From: a virus
Lineage: Duplodnaviria; Caudoviricetes
Direction: 5' to 3' (one strand)
Length of the DNA: 26,337 bases
IMG/VR virus record: IMGVR_UViG_3300044831_000083
Span: 1 to 26,337 of that record
Part shown: in pieces, positions 23,779 to 26,337 of the stretch
Position numbering within the stretch: the first letter of the stretch is position 1
Layout: every line of letters starts with the position of its first letter
The notes under the pieces: model-generated
Seen by the model: the letters and a program-made list of their open reading frames with translations, nothing else
The model's database searches: none
What the model was told of the DNA's origin: nothing
Translations under genes and position numbers: made by a program

Positions 23779-25021
23779 AACCAAAGCACTTATTGAACGT
23801 TTCGACCACCTGACCTATCGTGGCAACAGCAAACACACCCGTTATGGGTGGCTTCGTCTCACTCCTGCATTCTCGGTACATTTGGTGCTGGAGATCGTGC
23901 GTAATCTCCCCAAGACGGCTCTAGTCTTAGACCCATTCTGTGGGACTGGCACGACGGCTCTGGTGTGTGCCCAAGAGGGCATACAGGCTTCGAGCACAGA
24001 TATTAATCCGTTCCTGCTTTGGCTGGCTCATGCCAAGTGTCGTAAATACACAGCAGACGAATTGGAGACGGCCAAAGAAGCTGCTGAGACCGTCTCACGA
24101 GTGATCCTGAACCGCAACGGTGTTGAACCGTGGATACCTGCCTTGTTCCAGATTGAGAAGTGGTGGGACACTGACACAACAACTCTTCTCGGAAAAGCAC
24201 GAGCTGCAATCGAGGACAAGCAGACTATTTGGGGTCAGCCTGTAACCGATTTGATGAAGGTTGCATTTTGTCGAATGATAATTGAGTTGGCCAATGTGAG
24301 TTTTGGTCATCAGTCCATGTCTTTTAAGAAGGCAGATAATCAGATGGAGTTTGCGCTGCCGGCCGATAAGCACAACACCGTCAGTTCAAAGTGGAAGGAT
24401 GTTTGTGAAAGCATTCTGAAGGCGGCCCATGATCCTGTTAAGACGATTCCACAATTCATCAAGTGTGACGCTCGCAATCTGACGGACTCCATCCAACCCG
24501 ATTCGGTCGATTGCGTTATTACATCGCCACCATATCCGAATCGCATGAGCTACATACGGGAGTTGAGACCCTACATGTACTGGATCGGATATTTGAATGA
24601 CGCTAGACAAGCGGGTGAGTTGGATTGGGAAGCCATCGGTGGGACGTGGGGCTGTGCGACGAGCAATCTAAACTCTTGGCAGGTTCCCAACGGGGTGAAA
24701 GTTCCGTATTCAGGCTTTGGCAGAATACTGCACGGGATTGCTGAAACGAGCGGCCTTCTCTCGCAATACGTGAACAAATATTTCTGTGACATGGTCGGTC
24801 ATGCGCAAAACCTCTTTACTATTGTCAAGCCAGGTGGTCAGCTTCATTACATCGTCGGCAATTCGAAGTTTTATGACGTGTTAGTTCCCGTCGAGGGAAT
24901 ATTTGCATCACTGTTCGAGTCGGCGGGGTTCACAGATGTGAAGATAGAAACGATTCGCAAACGCACGTCTAAAAAGGAACTGTTCGAATACGTAGTCAGT
25001 GCGAGCAAACCAGAGTTCTAG
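23768..25021 (+). CDS. Amino DNA methyltransferase, probably N4-cytosine, alpha class (417 aa)
   Basis: Motif I VLDPFCGTGTT near the N-terminus, DINP, and motif IV VITSPPY in the C-terminal half. Confidence 0.9.
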   Translation: MKAKTKALIERFDHLTYRGNSKHTRYGWLRLTPAFSVHLVLEIVRNLPKTALVLDPFCGTGTTALVCAQEGIQASSTDINPFLLWLAHAKCRKYTADELETAKEAAETVSRVILNRNGVEPWIPALFQIEKWWDTDTTTLLGKARAAIEDKQTIWGQPVTDLMKVAFCRMIIELANVSFGHQSMSFKKADNQMEFALPADKHNTVSSKWKDVCESILKAAHDPVKTIPQFIKCDARNLTDSIQPDSVDCVITSPPYPNRMSYIRELRPYMYWIGYLNDARQAGELDWEAIGGTWGCATSNLNSWQVPNGVKVPYSGFGRILHGIAETSGLLSQYVNKYFCDMVGHAQNLFTIVKPGGQLHYIVGNSKFYDVLVPVEGIFASLFESAGFTDVKIETIRKRTSKKELFEYVVSASKPEF

Positions 25022-25031
25022 CCCCGAAAAT

Positions 25032-25316
25032 TCACCCAAATGTGCGTGTTCGTCCCGTCTTTTTCTTCGGTACACGGGCTGAATAAACCCCAACGAGTTT
25101 GTCAGCGAGATAACTTTCTAAGAGTGCCCGACGCTCTTGATCCGTGACTTCTGTTGGAGGAAGTTTCTTTTCGAGTTCACGGCGAATGCGATTGTACTCA
25201 GATACCGCCCTCTTCTCCTGCTTGAATCGACCGAGTTCCTTCCCTGCCATTTCCAACACGAAATCGCCATCAGCATCATGCAAAACAAGTTCGGCCGGCG
25301 GGAAGGAAAGTTTCAT
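25032..25316 (-). CDS. Hypothetical protein (94 aa)
   Basis: Clean ORF with SD GGAG and an upstream TAAAAT; convergent with the methyltransferase gene. Confidence 0.7.
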   Translation of the reverse strand: MKLSFPPAELVLHDADGDFVLEMAGKELGRFKQEKRAVSEYNRIRRELEKKLPPTEVTDQERRALLESYLADKLVGVYSARVPKKKTGRTRTFG

Positions 25317-25453
25317 TTAACTCCGATTTTACGCCTGTTCCTGTCTGATCCGCTGGGTAAAGCGGCACCGGACAACATCGTTGCGGCTGACAATTGGATC
25401 GCAGCAGGTGAACAGTGGCCGCCTGGCCGCGTTATGATGTTTCGTAGCCTTAT

Positions 25454-25921
25454 ATGGAACAGGATTTGACAATTCTCAAAGATGACATGGTCGCATTTAT
25501 TGAAGGCCATGGCCTGCGCCGGTTCAGCGCTTACGTGAGCGATGAGGTCGCCAATGTGCCCTGGTCAGCAGACGAGGATCACCCCGACGCTTGGAAGGAT
25601 TTTGTCGAGATGGCCAAGGCTTCCAGCGTCAGCTTTGTCACCATGAATCACGTTTCGCTGGACAAAGAAGATGTAGACCTGCTCATCAACCGCCTTCAGG
25701 AAATAGAGTACATGAATGAGGAAGACCTGGAGGAAGCTGGATGGTTGCGAAGCTTTGTGGGTAAAGTCGGCTATCTTCAGCTTGGCTTCCCTTGCCAGGG
25801 AGTGATGTTTTTGTACGAAGTCTCCACGCCGTGGTACGAGACTTATCAGCGGCTGGAAAGCGCGGCCGACGACTACGATGGAATCCTGATTGACGACACC
25901 GATCAGGACGACGAGACCTAA
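25454..25921 (+). CDS. Acidic hypothetical protein (155 aa)
   Basis: Protein-like composition, Asp/Glu-rich C-terminus, upstream TATGAT -10-like hexamer. Confidence 0.75.
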   Translation: MEQDLTILKDDMVAFIEGHGLRRFSAYVSDEVANVPWSADEDHPDAWKDFVEMAKASSVSFVTMNHVSLDKEDVDLLINRLQEIEYMNEEDLEEAGWLRSFVGKVGYLQLGFPCQGVMFLYEVSTPWYETYQRLESAADDYDGILIDDTDQDDET

Positions 25922-25935
25922 AAAGGAAGTAGCTG

Positions 25936-26337
25936 ATGACGATTGGCACTGCCATTGTTGTTGCAATGCTCTTGTATCTGCTGGACAAACACGGTCTGCT
26001 TAAACGGGCTGCTGTAATCGTTGCGGTGCTAGCGATCTTGGGGCTGGCTTGGATATTCGGGCAGCAGCAATATAAGAAGTGGGAGCATGCTCGATACATA
26101 AGACATCATGCGGCCATGCAGGCCAGTTTGATTGCCAAGTATCATGACGCGGTTACGTCGCTTCCTGAAGGTTATGAACTCGAACGTAAGTCCTTACCAG
26201 TGGTGTGGCTGGATGGTCTTTGCAAGGAACCGCAGTGGCCGGAGCTATCAGACTGGGAACGTAGTGATGTTCTTATGGCAGTCACGCCGAAGATGGATTA
26301 TTTTGACCGTAGGCACTTCGAGGATCGGTGCCATTGA
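25936..26337 (+). CDS. Hypothetical membrane protein (133 aa)
   Basis: SD AAGGA; two N-terminal hydrophobic segments; the stop codon coincides with the window end. Confidence 0.65.
   Translation: MTIGTAIVVAMLLYLLDKHGLLKRAAVIVAVLAILGLAWIFGQQQYKKWEHARYIRHHAAMQASLIAKYHDAVTSLPEGYELERKSLPVVWLDGLCKEPQWPELSDWERSDVLMAVTPKMDYFDRRHFEDRCH

Noticed and set aside
1-26337. CRISPR arrays, tRNA/rRNA genes, IS elements, DGR template/variable repeats
   Set aside because: No regularly spaced repeats, cloverleaf, transposase or reverse transcriptase was seen by eye; a computational scan would be needed to exclude them fully.

Overview
Positions 1-18999 (minus strand) hold an intact-looking virion morphogenesis operon of an HK97-like long-tailed (pro)phage. 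Gene order: HNH endonuclease, two small genes, candidate cos region, terS, terL, portal, prohead protease, major capsid, head-tail joining genes, tail tube, tail chaperone with a -1 frameshift, tape measure, then a GTA-style tail tip (DUF2460, DUF2163/BR0599, NlpC/P60). It ends in a >1084-aa central tail protein that runs off the left edge and is absent from the ORF track. Positions ~19000-26337 are an accessory, defence-like cluster: a ~155-nt rod-like inverted repeat, an unannotated 34-aa membrane peptide gene with its own promoter and a hairpin-sequestered RBS, a lipoprotein, a controller-like XRE gene with a palindromic operator, a stand-alone class III nucleotide-cyclase-fold gene, a coupled three-gene operon, a type II restriction-modification pair and several hypotheticals. 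No integrase, replication, lysis, tRNA/rRNA or CRISPR feature was recognised. The strongest leads are the 19.1-19.5 kb RNA/peptide locus, the cyclase-like gene, and a repeated SD-ATG-AGG-TAA minigene cassette in front of two genes. All family calls come from motif recognition by eye; no searches or folding programs were run.
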